A DNA stretch of 51,583 nucleotides from positions 62,001 to 113,583 of the forward strand of contig NW_005201231.1 of NCBI RefSeq assembly GCF_000372725.1, written 5' to 3'. The notes under the pieces are model-generated. The model made no database searches and had not been told where the DNA came from. It was given only the letters and a program-made list of their open reading frames with translations. Source of the stretch: Emiliania huxleyi CCMP1516. Lineage: Eukaryota. Both the position numbers and the translations under genes were made by a program. The stretch's first letter is position 1. The number at the start of each line of letters is the position of its first letter. Positions 32,048 through 44,313 of the stretch are shown piece by piece.

Positions 32048-33439
32048 TTACTTAGCTCTTAGGGGTCAGGGCTCTCTAGCCCGTAGCCCGATACCGAGCG
32101 TCCGGCCAACTGGGTGCGCTTCTCAGCTCCCCGGTCCTGGGCGTGAGGTTACTGACCGCACTCCAAGTGCTCCAAGTCCGGTGTGACCTTGTCGCGATGC
32201 AAGTGCCAAAAAGTGTTGTTTGCGGCTATTGCTCAAAACTTCGGGAGAGAAGGCCTACATATTATGACTGCATGCATCCGTTCGGCGCATGAGAGCTGCG
32301 GGACGAGACGTATCACGGTCGATGGCGCCGATGATGACCTCCGGAACGTGCCCTCGCAATCGCCTCGGATGGGGTCCACCGGAGTCAATCTGGAGCCCTC
32401 TCGGTGGCATCACCAGCCAGTGTGAGCTTGCAGACCCGAGATAAGTGCGGTTCGGGACGGCTCAGGCTTGTTACTGATAGGACTGCGCTGCGCGGTCTCG
32501 GCTGCCGTGCGCAAAAGAATCTTGTTTCAGCACCTATCCAACACCCTCGCCAGTCGCCGCTCCGACCTCAGTGCACTCGGCACGTAGCCAGGTAGTGACG
32601 TGCTGGAAGGCGAGGCGGCTGTGGTGGATGCGATCGTCGTAGCTAGGACAGCGGTTCAGCGTCCAGTTGAAGGCGTCGAGGCTGCGTAGCCGCTCGACCC
32701 CGCAGGACACCTTCCCGATGGGCGGCTACTTCAATGAATTCCGACGCGAGGGTGTGAGCGTGGAGCTGGTGCGTGAGCTGCGGACGGTGGTCACAGGCGC
32801 AATCGCTGCGATCGGTGGCGATGTGTCAGCGATCACGGCGAGCGCAAATTCATTCCGCAAGTGGTACAGCGACGCGCAGAACGCGACCGCCGTCGCCTTG
32901 CTTGGGCGAGGCGGTGCGGTGAACATTGCGATCATGCGGGCTGCGAAGCAGCTCTTTGCCAGATGGTACTGTCCGGGAGGGCGGCTGTACGTGCCGGGAG
33001 CTGTGAGCGAGCTCGCGTCGCCGGCGGCCTTCGGTGATTTCGAGGTGCCGGGTGGTGTGGTGCGAGCTCCAGAAGGACCATTTCTACCACCCAAGACAGC
33101 TTGGAGAGCTCCCGGTAACTCCTGTGTTAGTGCCAGTGCGCGCCAGTCCCGTGCCCAGTGTTGTGCGAGGGAGTTTTGTTGTAAGATCCTTTGCAGGAAG
33201 GTCGTAGCGACGGCCGATCCAGCAGTCGTCTGCGACATGGCAGTGCAAAAATCTCCAGCATAAGCTCGTCGTCCTCCTCAGCATAGCTCCCTCCTCCCAC
33301 CATGTCGCCTCTCGACTCCGCTCCATCAAGCCCACTCCGCCCACTGCTCCCCGCTGCCTCGCTATCGCCTCCCCTCTCCACTTCCATCTGAACTTCCTCT
33401 CTCTGCTCGCCACTGACCGACTGATTGACCGACTGACTC

Positions 33440-33471
<32 letters not shown>

Positions 33472-33537
33472 TCGGGGTGGGAGAAGGACAGGGTCCCCAC
33501 CTGCACAAGCAGGATCTTGTAAGGACGATCAGGGACA

Positions 33538-33597
33538 GAAAGAAAGAAAGAAAACAGACAAACCCAGACGAGGGATGGGGGAGGAGGACAGGGTCCC
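33538..33597 (-). mobile_element. 60-nt 5'-truncated retroposon (family A-related) with 14-bp TSD
   Basis: GACGATCAGGGACA at 33524-33537 and 33598-33611. The minus strand ends TGTCTGTTTTCTTTCTTTCTTTC, as in family A. Confidence 0.75.
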
Positions 33598-33703
33598 GAC
33601 GATCAGGGACACTTGGACTGCAGTCAGAGCCGAAAGTTTTTTCTCCCTCGTGTGCTCGCCGATCTGCCCAAGCTTCTCCAGCGCACATCATTCCAGCATT
33701 TCC

Positions 33704-36700
33704 ATGAGCCTCCTGCTCGGGTTGTACAGTGCCCCGTCGCTCGGGCTGGGCAGCGCGCGCACCGCGTGCGCCACGTCGCGTGCGCACGCGTGCATGCAGC
33801 AGCAGCAGCAGCCGGGGCCTCCGTACGCCGGGCCGCGGTCCACACCGCTTCTGGACACCGTCTCGACGCCCAACGACCTCAAGGGCTTCTCGCTGGCGGA
33901 GCTCAAGCAGCTGTCGCATGAGCTGCGGTGGGAGACCATCAACGCCGTCTCCAAAACCGGAGGACACCTCGGCTCCTCGCTCGGAGTCGTCGAGCTCACC
34001 GTCGCGCTGCACTACGTCTTCAACACGCCGGCCGACCCGGTGATCTGGGACGTGTCGCACCAGGCGCGCGCCCCGCCCTCGCCTGGCCGCGAGGCGGCGG
34101 CGCTGCACCTGCACTGCTCCACCGCCCCGTCCGCTTCGGACCCGACGCGCCCTCGCGCTGCAGCCCACCGCGCGCGTGCCAGCAGCGACCTTTGATCCGG
34201 CCCTGTGATCCGGCCTGTCGGGAAGTGCCCTCTCTGCCTCACCGCTGGCGCCTGTGCGCCCCTGCAGGTGTACCCGCACAAGATCCTGACGGGTCGGCGC
34301 GAGCGCATGCCCACCCTCCGGCAGGCCGGCGGGCTCAGCGGCTTTGCCAAGCGGTCAGAGTCGGTACGCAGTGACTCTGACCCACTCCCTCTGCCGACGC
34401 CTTGCCCCGCCCTCTGATCTGCAAACCTCCGTCGGAGGCGTTGCCCGCGCTCCTCCCACCCGCCCGCCGCGACGCCGCGGCACCCCTGCTCGGGCCTGGC
34501 CGCCGCCGACCGCCACGCCGGCCGCGCCGCCCTGCCCGCTGCTCCCCCCCCCGCCCCCTCCCTGCGACACGCGCAAAGCCACCCGCATGCCGTTCCACCG
34601 CCTGCACCACACGGCGACAGTCGCACCCAAGCCATGCCAACACGCCGCCAGCACCACGCTCGGCTGGGCGCTCAGCGCCACCGCTCAGCGGCTCAGCGAT
34701 GACAGCAGCGACGGCAGCCGCAGCCGCAGCAGCCTCACCTGCGACACACTCCCCCGCCCCTGCCCCGCCCCGCTCAGCCCCCAAACCCCCCCGCCCCCAA
34801 CCCCCCCCTCCCCCCCCCCCTCCCCCACCCGCCCCTTAGGAGTACGACGCCTTTGGCGCGGGCCACTCCACCACCTCCATCTCTGCGGCGCTGGGCATGG
34901 CCGTGGCGCACGAGCTGCGAGGCCTCGACCAGGAACGAACTTCGGTCGCCGTGATTGGCGACGGCGCCATCACCGGCGGCATGGCCTACGAGGCGATGAA
35001 CAACGCCGCCTACCTCAACTCGCGGATCGTCGTCATCTACAACGACAATGGCCAGGTCTCGCTGCCGACGGGCACCCCCTCTGCCGGAGGCACCGTGCCG
35101 GCTGGCTCGCTCTCGGCGTACACGTCTCGCCTGATCGCCTCGAAGCCGTTCCAAGACTTCCGCGACATCGCAAAGTCGATCAACCGGCTCTTCCCGTCCG
35201 AGATCCAGCAGGCCAACGCAAAGATCGACGAGTACGCGCGCGGCATGGTGTCGGGAGGCACGCTCTTCGAGGAGCTCGGCTTCGACTCCATCGGCCCCGT
35301 GCGCTGTGAACGGCGTCCACTCACACCTCCAGCTGTGAACAGGAGCTCGGATTCTACTACATCGGCCCCGTGGACGGGCACGATCTCGACAACCTCGTCC
35401 CGATCCTCGAAAACATCCGCGACCGCGGCGGCAAGCAGCCCGTCCTGCTGCACATCAAGACTGACAAAGGCAAGGGCTACCCGCCCGCAGAGGCTGCGTC
35501 AGACAAGTACCACGGCGTGCCAAAGTTCGAGGTCGCGACGGGCAAGAAGCTGACCGCACCCGCCAAGACGCCCTCGTACACCTCCGTCTTCGCCGACTCG
35601 GTGCTCTCTCGGCTCTTCTCTCCCTCTCTCCTCTCGGCTCCCCCCCCCCACCCCACAAACAAAGATATAAAACACGACCATGCTCATAGCCTTACACCAA
35701 TCCTCGCTACTGTACTGTACGAAAGTGCGAACAGGTTAAGCAGCAGCTCCTGACCACNNNNNNNNNNNNNNNNNNNNNNNNNNNNNNNNNNNNNNNNNNN
35801 NNNNNNNNNNNNNNNNNNNNNNNNNNNNNNNNNNNNNNNNNNNNNNNNNNNNNNNNNGGCTCCATTGGCCCCGGTCGATGTGAACGGCGTCCACTCACAC
35901 CTCCACCTGTGAACAGGAGTTCGGATTTTATTAAATGGGCCCCGTGGGCGGGCAGGATTTCGAAAACCTGGTTCCGATCCTTGAAAACATCCGGGTCCGG
36001 GGGGGCAAGCAACCCTTCCTTCTGCACTTCAAGGCTGACAAAGGCAAGGGCTTCCCCCCCTCAGGGGCTGTGTTAGACAAGTCCCCCGGGGTTCCAAATT
36101 TTGAGGTCCCCCCGGGCAAAAAGCTTCCCCCCCCCCCCAAGAGGCCCTGGGACACCTCCGTTTTTGCCGACTGGGGGCTCTTTGGGCTCTTTTTTCCCTT
36201 TTTCCTTTGGGCTCCCCCCCCCCCCCCCACCCCTCCCCCCCTTTCAACTCCATGCCCCCCCCCCCCCCCACCCCTCCCCAGCTTATCGACCTCGCAGCTG
36301 CAGACCGGTCCGTGGTGGCGATCACCGCGGCGATGCCGGGCGGCACGGGCGTGGACAAGTTCGGCAAGCGCTTCCCGAAGAGGACGTTCGACGTCGGCAT
36401 CGCCGAGCAGCACGCCGTCACCTTCGCCGCCGGCCTCGCCGTCGAGGGCATCAAGCCGTTCTGCGCTATCTACTCCACCTTCCTGCAGCGCGCCTACGAC
36501 CAGCTCATCCACGACGTTGCGATTCAGAAGGCCGACCTCCGCCCCGCCCGCCCTCCGCCGCGGCCTCTCCCCTCGCCTTGCTACCTCCTCGCCGTCCGCC
36601 CGGATGCCCCCCCCCCTTCCCTCCCCCGCCGCCGCGCCCCGCGCACCCACATGCACCCCGCGCCCTGCACCTCGCGCCTCACGCCTCCCCTCCCCCGCCG

Positions 36701-37636
36701 CTAGCTGCCCGTCCGCTTCATCCTCGACCGAGCCGGCCTCGTTGGCAACGACGGCCCGACGCACCACGGATCGTTCGACCTCGCCTACATCGGATGCATC
36801 CCTGGCATCGCGCTCTGCGCGCCGTCGGACGAGGTCGAGCTGCGCAACATGATGCGCACCATCTACGAGGTCGACGACAAGCCGACGGCGCTGCGCTACC
36901 CGCGCGGCTCGGCGCTCGGTCTCGACGTGCTCAACGACCTCTTCGAGTACGGGCTCGACGAGTACCCTGCTCGCGGAAAGGCCCTCCCACTTGGCAAGGG
37001 CCGCGTCGTGCGCGGCGCGCGCGAGGACGTCTCCTCGCGCGTCGCCATCCTCTCCCTCGGCACGCGGCTCGCCGAGTCCGTCCTGGCGGCGCGCGCGATC
37101 GAGGGCGCGCACGCGGACGTCGGCGTGACGGTGGCGGAGATTCTCTCTGTTTCTCTCTTTCTCTCTCTTTCTCTCTCTTTCCTTTCTCTCTCTTTCTCTC
37201 TCTTTCTCTCTCCTTCTCTCCCCTTCTCGCGGCGCCGCGTCCGCGGCGTGTCGTCCCTCTCTGCTGACGGCGTGGTCTGTCCCCCTCCCCGCAGGTGGCG
37301 GATGCCCGATGGATGAAGCCGCTCGACACGGCGCTCGTCGCGCGGCTGGCGGAGGAGCACGACGTGCTCATCACGGTGGAGGAGGGCTCCATCGGCGGGT
37401 TTGGCGACCACGTGCTGCACTACCTCTCGCTGGGCGGCTTCCTGGACGAAGGCACGCTCAAGGCGCGGCCGATGGTGCTGCCCGACAAGTACATCGAGGC
37501 TGGCTCGATGGGCGAGCAGTACGAGGAGGCGGGCCTCTCCCAGAGGTTCATAGAGGCGACGGCGCTGCGGCTGCTGGGCAAGCCCGTCAGCATGGGCTCC
37601 TCCTCACTCGCCGACGAGGAGCCAACCATCGCGTGA
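33704..37636 (+). CDS. DXS: 1-deoxy-D-xylulose-5-phosphate synthase, plastid-targeted
   Basis: Exons ~33704-34063, 34268-34363, 34840-35271, 35343-35600, 36282-36530, 36705-37130, 37295-37636. Motifs [74 protein letters not shown] and [15 protein letters not shown]. Confidence 0.97.
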
Positions 37637-38220
37637 GCCAGCGTGGACACGGCGCACGCGCGTGGGCCGCTGTTTGGCCGTGCCTTTGGGCCGTGCCGGC
37701 GCGGCAAAGCCGGCGGCCAACTTTCGCGGGTAGGGGCGCGCGCGCCGCCGGGAGGAGCATCGCTACGTGTCGCGCTCGCCGTCGAGGGCTGAGCCCCGCC
37801 GCAGCCCTAGCCATGCTGGCGTGCGGGCGGAGGAGGTGGGCGACGCCCCGCATTTGACTATCTGCATGTGTGCGGGCGGGGACGGCGGGGGCATGGGTCT
37901 CTCCCTATCTGTGCTGTGTACGGCGAGAGGCGCGGCCGCCGCCCGCGGACGGTGGCATGAGATCTGAGGTGACAGATCACACACTTCACAGATATTACGC
38001 CGGCGCCCGGCGGCGGCGCATAGGTTGAGTTTTTAAATAAATGAAAAGCGATGCGAGTTGCGACAGCCCTCAGCCGACACCCGACGACAGGACACCACAC
38101 GGCACACGCACCCACATCGTCGACGTCGTTCGTCGCAGCTCGCACAGTCCTCGTCAGCAGAGTGCCCCAGAATCTCGAGTCGCACGGGTCACGGGCACGC
38201 GATTTCCCCTCTCTCATCTG

Positions 38221-39944
38221 TCAGCGGCTCGGACCCCTTGAGCGCCCCTTGTGACTGCTGCCGCAGCCCAGCAGCTCACCCACCGCGCCCGGCCAAAACG
38301 CGGGGCTGCGGAGCGGCTCCGACGGCGTGAAAGCGTTGTGCCAGCCCCGCGGCGCCAGCGGTGCCACTCCTCGCACCCACGCATCGTCCGCACAGCCGGA
38401 GCCGCCGCCATCGGCGCCGCCATCGGCGCCGCCGTCCGCCCCTGCACGCCCGAGCAGCCCGGCCGAGGGAAGCTCGAGCGCTGCCGCGTGCAGGAACATG
38501 CGGTAGGAGCGCCGGTCGGCGCCGTACGTGACGTCGCCGACGATGGGGTGGCCGATGTGCGCCATGTGCAGCCGCAGCTGGTGGCGCCGCCCCGTCTACG
38601 GCGTCAGCCACAGCAGCGACGCTTCCTTCCCTTGGTGCGGCGGCAGCACGAGCCTTCCGCGCGCAGCGACGGTCGCCGTTGTCCTGGCCGCCTAAGGGGA
38701 GGTCAGGTAGGCGTCTCCCCCCACACACGAGGTGGTGGGGCAAGGGCCAGGCTAGACCCTCGCATCTCCACGCCTGAACACGGGCAGGAGCCGGCACGGC
38801 GTTCGTGCAAGGCCCGGTGCACGTGCAGAGTGAGCAGCCTGGGACCCTGTCTGTGCTATTGTGTCTGCGTGTCTGTGCTATCGTGCGATTCGGGACCGGG
38901 GTTGTGCTTTTGTGTGAGCAGCCTGCCCCTCCCTCGTCCATCCCGTACACTGCCCGCGCCTTGCCCCAGGAAGCCTTCGTGACGGACTGACGAAACTTGC
39001 GGGCCGTCACCGCGATGCGCGCTGAGATGTTGCGCTCCTCCCACGTCGGGTGGCCAAAAACAAGGGCGGCGTACAGCTTCCGCGCCTGCCCCGAGAGATA
39101 CGGCCGAGCTGTCCGAGATGCAGCCGAGATACGACAAAGGCGGCGTAGCATCCGCGCCTTCCGCGCCTCGAAGAGACGGCCGACTTCGCGCGCCGCGCCC
39201 TCGGACTTTGCACAAGCGACCACGCCGCTAGTGGCGTAGTCGAGGTTGTGGCAGACGCGGGTGGTGCCGGCGGCGGTCATGACGGACGGGTGCGTCCCCA
39301 CCAGCCACTCGTGCAGCGACGGCTCGTCGGGCGAGTCGGCGCCAGCTGGCCTAGAGACACACACTTCCTAAACACCTCCCAGACGCTTCCCAGACACTGC
39401 CTCGCGAGTCGGCGCTGGCCTCGACGGCGCCGACATACGCACCTAAGGTGACCGAAGGACGGCGCGAGCTATTGTGATGGTGGGCGTCTGTCTCCTCATT
39501 CTTGCTGGCATGTGGAGAGCCGGGCGCTCGACGGTATCGGCATGTGGAGTGCGCTCCTGGAAGGGCTTGTGCACGAGGAGGAGCTGCTCGTCTTCGTGCA
39601 CAGCGCCGAAGTCGAGCTCGAGGAGCTCCTATCTCGGACGAGCTCGGGGTGAGCTCGGCGCAGCCTCACAGCCTCGGCGGAGCGAGAGCTCTGTGCCGGC
39701 TGCTCCGAGATCAGCGCGACCGCCTCTCGCCGCGTGAGCACATCGGACCTCACGGCATGGAGCAGCGCCTGAGGAGACGTGCGCTCCGAACTGAGCCGGC
39801 GTCAACTTGGTGCGAACTGAGCCGGCGTCGAGAGAGGTTGGCGACCATATAGGGTTTGTTGGTCGCATGGTCGCTGGTCGTATGTTGTGTGTGCTCGTGC
39901 GGCTGCTTGCGCCTCGAGCCGGGTGGCGGCGCCTTGCGGGTCAT
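38221..39944 (-). pseudogene. RluA-family RNA pseudouridine synthase with an in-frame TAG (pseudogene, null allele or sequencing error)
   Basis: LLLVHKP, HNLDYATSGV (catalytic Asp), [27 protein letters not shown] and MFLHAAALEL. The stop is at 38598-38596. Start (MTRK, 39944) is inferred. Confidence 0.75.
38700..38840 (-). mobile_element. Family B repeat at the 3' end of an RluA intron
   Basis: Homologous to 26151-26305; its tail runs into CCTGACCTCCCCTTAG|. Confidence 0.65.
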
Positions 39945-40396
39945 AGGAAAGGTCCACGCAATGCTGGAGGAGGGCCGCGTTCTGCTCGGTTGTCGATCCG
40001 AGCTGCTGCAGCTGCGTGTGCATGCGCTGCTGGACTTCGCGAGCGGGGTGGAGGCGGCACAGGAGCATCGGTCTTGTCCGGCCTTGCGGCCGGCGAGATT
40101 GCTAGAGGCGGAGCGGAGCGGTCTGCTCTAGCCTCACACGTGACCCCCGGTCGCCTGTCTGTGTTTGTGCGCTGTTGTTTGAGCCCTTGGGGCTTGGCAC
40201 CGTTCTCGAGGTTCTCGAGGTGGATATCCTTTGGCCGCGTTGGGTACTGTCGTACCCGGGTAGCCTAAAGTCTGGGCACGTTGTCGGGGACACGATGCCG
40301 GCGTGAACACGACTACCGCGTTGGTGTCCAGTCCGAGCCTGGCTGTTCTTCACCTTACTACCTACCTACCTACGACTAACTGACGGATCCGCTCCT

Positions 40397-40435
40397 GACA
40401 GTCGCACGCGCCGCGCTGTGGCGCGTGCGACTGTC
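40397..40435. other. Perfect 16-bp inverted repeat (hairpin, 7-nt loop)
   Basis: GACAGTCGCACGCGCC at 40397-40412 and GGCGCGTGCGACTGTC at 40420-40435. Confidence 0.8.
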
Positions 40436-41596
40436 TTTGTTTGAAGTTAAAAGTCGAATCAGAGCGGCGTCGGCGTTGTCCCCGGATTTTCTCCCCAGGA
40501 CCGCCCGTCCGGCACCGCTCCGGGACGCACGCCGGCGAAGCACCATCAAGCTGCTGTACGGCCCCGGCATCGCCTCCCCTGGCTTAGCTCTCAGTCAAGA
40601 TATTGTGCACATGGGTGGCCTCTACAATATACTCACTGACACTGAACCTCCCAGAGCTCGTCCCGGTCCGCCACGGCCATCCTCGTCCTCCGGCGGGCCC
40701 CCGGCCGCGGCGCGGTGCGGCGGCGTCACAAATCCGACGGCAGAGCACCGGGACGCGGTCGGGCGATCTAAGGCCCAGTGAGGCGTATGCATTGCCCATC
40801 CAGGGCTATCACCTGGACCCATCAACAGGCGCCTGCGGCGCCGTGGTCAGGAGCTGCTGCTCCAACCTGTTCACACTTTCGTACAGTACAGTAGCGAGGA
40901 TTGGTGTAACCCTATGAGCATGGCCGTGTTTAATATCAATACTTGAGTAGTTAGCTGTTAGTCAGTATGATATAGCTGTATGTGCCGACGTCGGTTGCTC
41001 GGCGTCGTGTTGCGCCGCTACTGGAAGTGCGCGCATGTGCAGTTGATGTGTGTAGACGATCGTTCACTACCTGTAGGGCTGGGCAGGAAGAGAGGGTGGC
41101 TGCGATCCTCCCGCTCCTTGCGCAGTACGCCCAGAGCCCGTGGTCATCGCAGCATCATACCCCTAGGCGGCCACGCTCATCCTGCTCTCCTTCCGCGGCC
41201 GCGCCAAGCAAAAGCGCCATCGCGAGCGGATCCGGCGGCTGCTCGGGATTCAGCAGGAGCTGCTCATCCAAGCGGTCGTGCAGATCGACACGCGGGTGGA
41301 GCGCAAGAAGCGCGACAGCATGTACCAGCAGCTGCGGCGCGAGCGAGAGTCACGAAAGGCGGTCGGGGAAGAGAAGGTCCACTCAGTGCGCTTGGCGGTG
41401 CGGCGGGTACCCGTGCAGAGTAGTCAGCGCCTTATTAGGTAGATGCGCATCCAAGAGACGGCTCGTCGCGCGTGCGAGGTTAGAGGACTGCTAGTCAGGG
41501 GAAAGACTCTGTGCTGCCCACCCTTGAAGGAAGAGGAGTGAACTTTCCTGGCAGGAAGCGCACGAAAAAGAAACCGCCACCCACCCGTTGAGTGCC

Positions 41597-41733
41597 TCTT
41601 GCCGCTCTTCCGTGTCGGGTTGTGACGAGGGGTGAGGGGACACGGATTGAAGATCCCTCACACCAAGATCGTGCAGGGCGGGGACACATGTCCCTAAATC
41701 CCCTCTCGTCTCAGACGCGGCCGTTTTATTTAT
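41597..41733 (+). mobile_element. Family C retroposon copy with 9-bp TSD
   Basis: TTGAGTGCC at 41588-41596 and 41734-41742; (TATT)n tail; shares CAAGATCGTGCAGGGCGGGGAC with 16971-17066. Confidence 0.72.
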
Positions 41734-41778
41734 TTGAGTGCCGCCACGTCACGTTTGTGACAGCTGCTGTGTCGAAGA

Positions 41779-43746
41779 ATGCAGCCTGCTCCCGCGACGT
41801 GCGGCGACCCGCGCCTCAGCAGCCGGCGCGTCACGGCGCAGATCGCAAGGGCGCACACGGCCTACTTTCTGACAAACGGCCGTAGCAAATTTTGGGGCGC
41901 CGGATTCCATGTCGAAAAGCTGATCAACGCTCTCCGCGATGCGGAGCTGAGCTTGGGGCGGCGGCGCGCCGCGGCTCCGCCGGTCCTCGTCGACGTCGGC
42001 GCGGCACCGTACAACACGATCGGAGGCGACATCTCCCACGTTCTGACGATGGCGTCGCTGTGGAACGAGAGCTCGGCGATGATCCTCGGGTTCGAACCTG
42101 GCGTGCATCCGTTCAGCCGCCTCAAAGACTTCATCGGCAAGGCGGTCGGCCGCCCGGCGCGAGACTGCACCGACTGCGCCGACGACGCTGGGCAAACCGC
42201 CAACGTCGCCTCTGCTGACGGCGCCTGCCCCGCCGCCGCCCTCGCCTCCGCCGCCGTCCGGCATGCCACCGCTCTCGCCCTCGCCTCCAGCCACGCCGCC
42301 CCTGTCGCCGCCGCCAGCTCCTCGGCCCATGCATTCTGGTTGACGCATAGGCCAGCCGTGGGTCGTGCTCCGCAACACGCCGCTCAGCAACACGGAGAGG
42401 ACGGTCCAGGTGATCATGCCTGTATCTAGATGCGGAAGACAGCCTTCTCGATCATGTCTACATGCGGAAGACAGCTAATTCTCTCTGCTAGCCGTATGAA
42501 CGCGTCGGGCTGGTGGGTCAAAATGGTTGCGCGTGTTCCAAGATTTAGCACTCGAGGACGACAGTCCGCCGTTTGCACTGCCACCCGTAGCCCTCGTACG
42601 CACGCGGTGCTCCCTTGATTCTGGCTGTGTCGATTCAGATCGCCAACAGCCCCGGCGCGGGCGACAACACCGCCTCGCTCGAGCGAAACTACGGCGTGGC
42701 GAGCGACCGAGGGCGCGAGGTGCGAGCGGTTACTCTCGACAACGAGCTGCGGCGGCGCGGGCTTGACGGCAGAGAGGTGCTGCTGCTCAAGGTGGATGTG
42801 GAGGGGCACGAGCTCGCCGTGCTGCGCGGCGCCGACAAGGCGATCGGCGAGGGGCGGGTCCCCTTCATTCTCCTTGAGTACGGCGACAAGATGTCGCCCG
42901 CGATTTGGGGCGCGATGAAGCGGAGGAACGACGCCACGCCGGCTGCACCGACGCCGGCGCTGCTCGAGGGTCCCTCCCTGTTCAGGCTGCAACGGTGGGC
43001 GGATGGGCGGGGATACGACACCTACCTGCTGGGCGAGGGCGACGGAGGGCGGCCGGTGCTCGTGGGGGCGACGGGGCGCTACTGGCGGGACTCGCTCGAG
43101 GTCTGCCGCGACAAAGGCCAAAAGTGGTCGCGCGACGGGCGCCTGTGGGAGAACTTCTCGGCATGGGACCCCTCGTGGTCGGCCGTGTGTTGGTACGACG
43201 TGCTGCTGGTGCTGCGCAAGCCGCTCGAGCCGCAGCTGCGACAGCTCCTTCTGGAGCGCACCAGCCTGCCTCCGAGGTTCTGCAGGCGGCTGAGCGATGG
43301 CTGGTACCCGACCTGGGTGGACGCGCCGACGCCGGAGCGGCTCTGCTGCTCCGTGCAGAACCTCAAGCAGACGGACGTTTGCGGCACGTTCGTGGCTTGT
43401 GCCGGAAGCGAAAATAACCCCCCGCTTCGAGGTTTGCGGCACGTTCGTGGCTTGCGACGAGCACGCTGACAGCGCCGACACGCGCGGCCCTGAGGGCGCG
43501 CGACGGAGGCTGCCACAGGGACAGCTCACCAGCCTCGAGCGTTCCACCTCTGCTCACGCCATATGTGAGCGACGGTCTCGAGGGGCAACGAGGGGCGCGC
43601 GGGCTGAAGAGGGGAGCCGACGCCGCGAGTATATTCTAGCGGGCGCCGCTGCCGCCGCCGTCATGAGGAAGAGGGCGGGCTCGGCGGCCGGGAGCAGCGT
43701 GTGCATGTTCGGCAGATGCGCTGGGCAAGGGAGCACGCGGTTGTGA
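41779..43746 (+). CDS. FkbM-family (Methyltransf_21) SAM-dependent methyltransferase
   Basis: VLVDVGAA, ILGFEP and VTLD..LLLKVDVEGHELAVLRGA..ILLEYG. Exons ~41779-42220, 42351-42409, 42639-43376, 43432-43746. Confidence 0.8.
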
Positions 43747-43969
43747 GCCTAGGCCCTGCTTTTGCGTTTTGGTCGAAACAATATAGTTCGAGAGAAACTG
43801 AGACTCCAAAGTGTGCGTCACGAGACGGGACGAAAGCTTCTCGGTGAAGCTGCCGGAAATCAAAGCTCCTCCCTACCAAGAGGCCTACAACTCCGAGAAG
43901 GCAGGGGTGTCCGAGTCCGTCGTCGTGAAGTCGCTGAATGAAGGCAATTCGAGCAAGTGAAGCGTCATT

Positions 43970-44233
43970 CTAGCACATGGGCCAGAAGTCGTTGCCCATG
44001 ATTTTCCCACCCTGCCATGCGTCGTTGTAGAACCCAGCTGACCTAGTGTTGGCTTCGTGCAGGGCCGACTGGTAACTTGGCTTTGGCGAGGATGGTTTTG
44101 GCGCCCCTGGTGGCGCCGGGGGAGTGACATTGGGCGCGATCGCGCCCGAACCCTTCATGGTGCTGTAGTAGGCGCGGTTCATGGGCTGGTTGTGCCTCTT
44201 GTCCTCCGCCCACACGCCCGTGAGCCAAACCAT
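43970..44233 (-). CDS. Small hypothetical protein (87 aa), head-to-head with the carboxypeptidase
   Basis: MVWLTGVWAEDKRHNQPMNRAYYSTMKGSG...; protein-like composition is the only support. Confidence 0.3.
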   Translation of the reverse strand: MVWLTGVWAEDKRHNQPMNRAYYSTMKGSGAIAPNVTPPAPPGAPKPSSPKPSYQSALHEANTRSAGFYNDAWQGGKIMGNDFWPMC

Positions 44234-44313
44234 CCTGCGTGGCGCAAGTGGGGCGGGGAGCAACGACCGTCCACGACGTCGGCCGTCCCGATAACTACCA
44301 ATCCACTCGACAC

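Noticed and set aside
32667..33263. 198-aa ORF
   Set aside because: No recognisable motif or clear gene structure; possibly degraded repeat.
35858..36240. Second copy of a DXS exon and intron
   Set aside because: Abuts a gap and is full of scattered substitutions and homopolymer slips; typical low-quality read overlap, not a real duplication.
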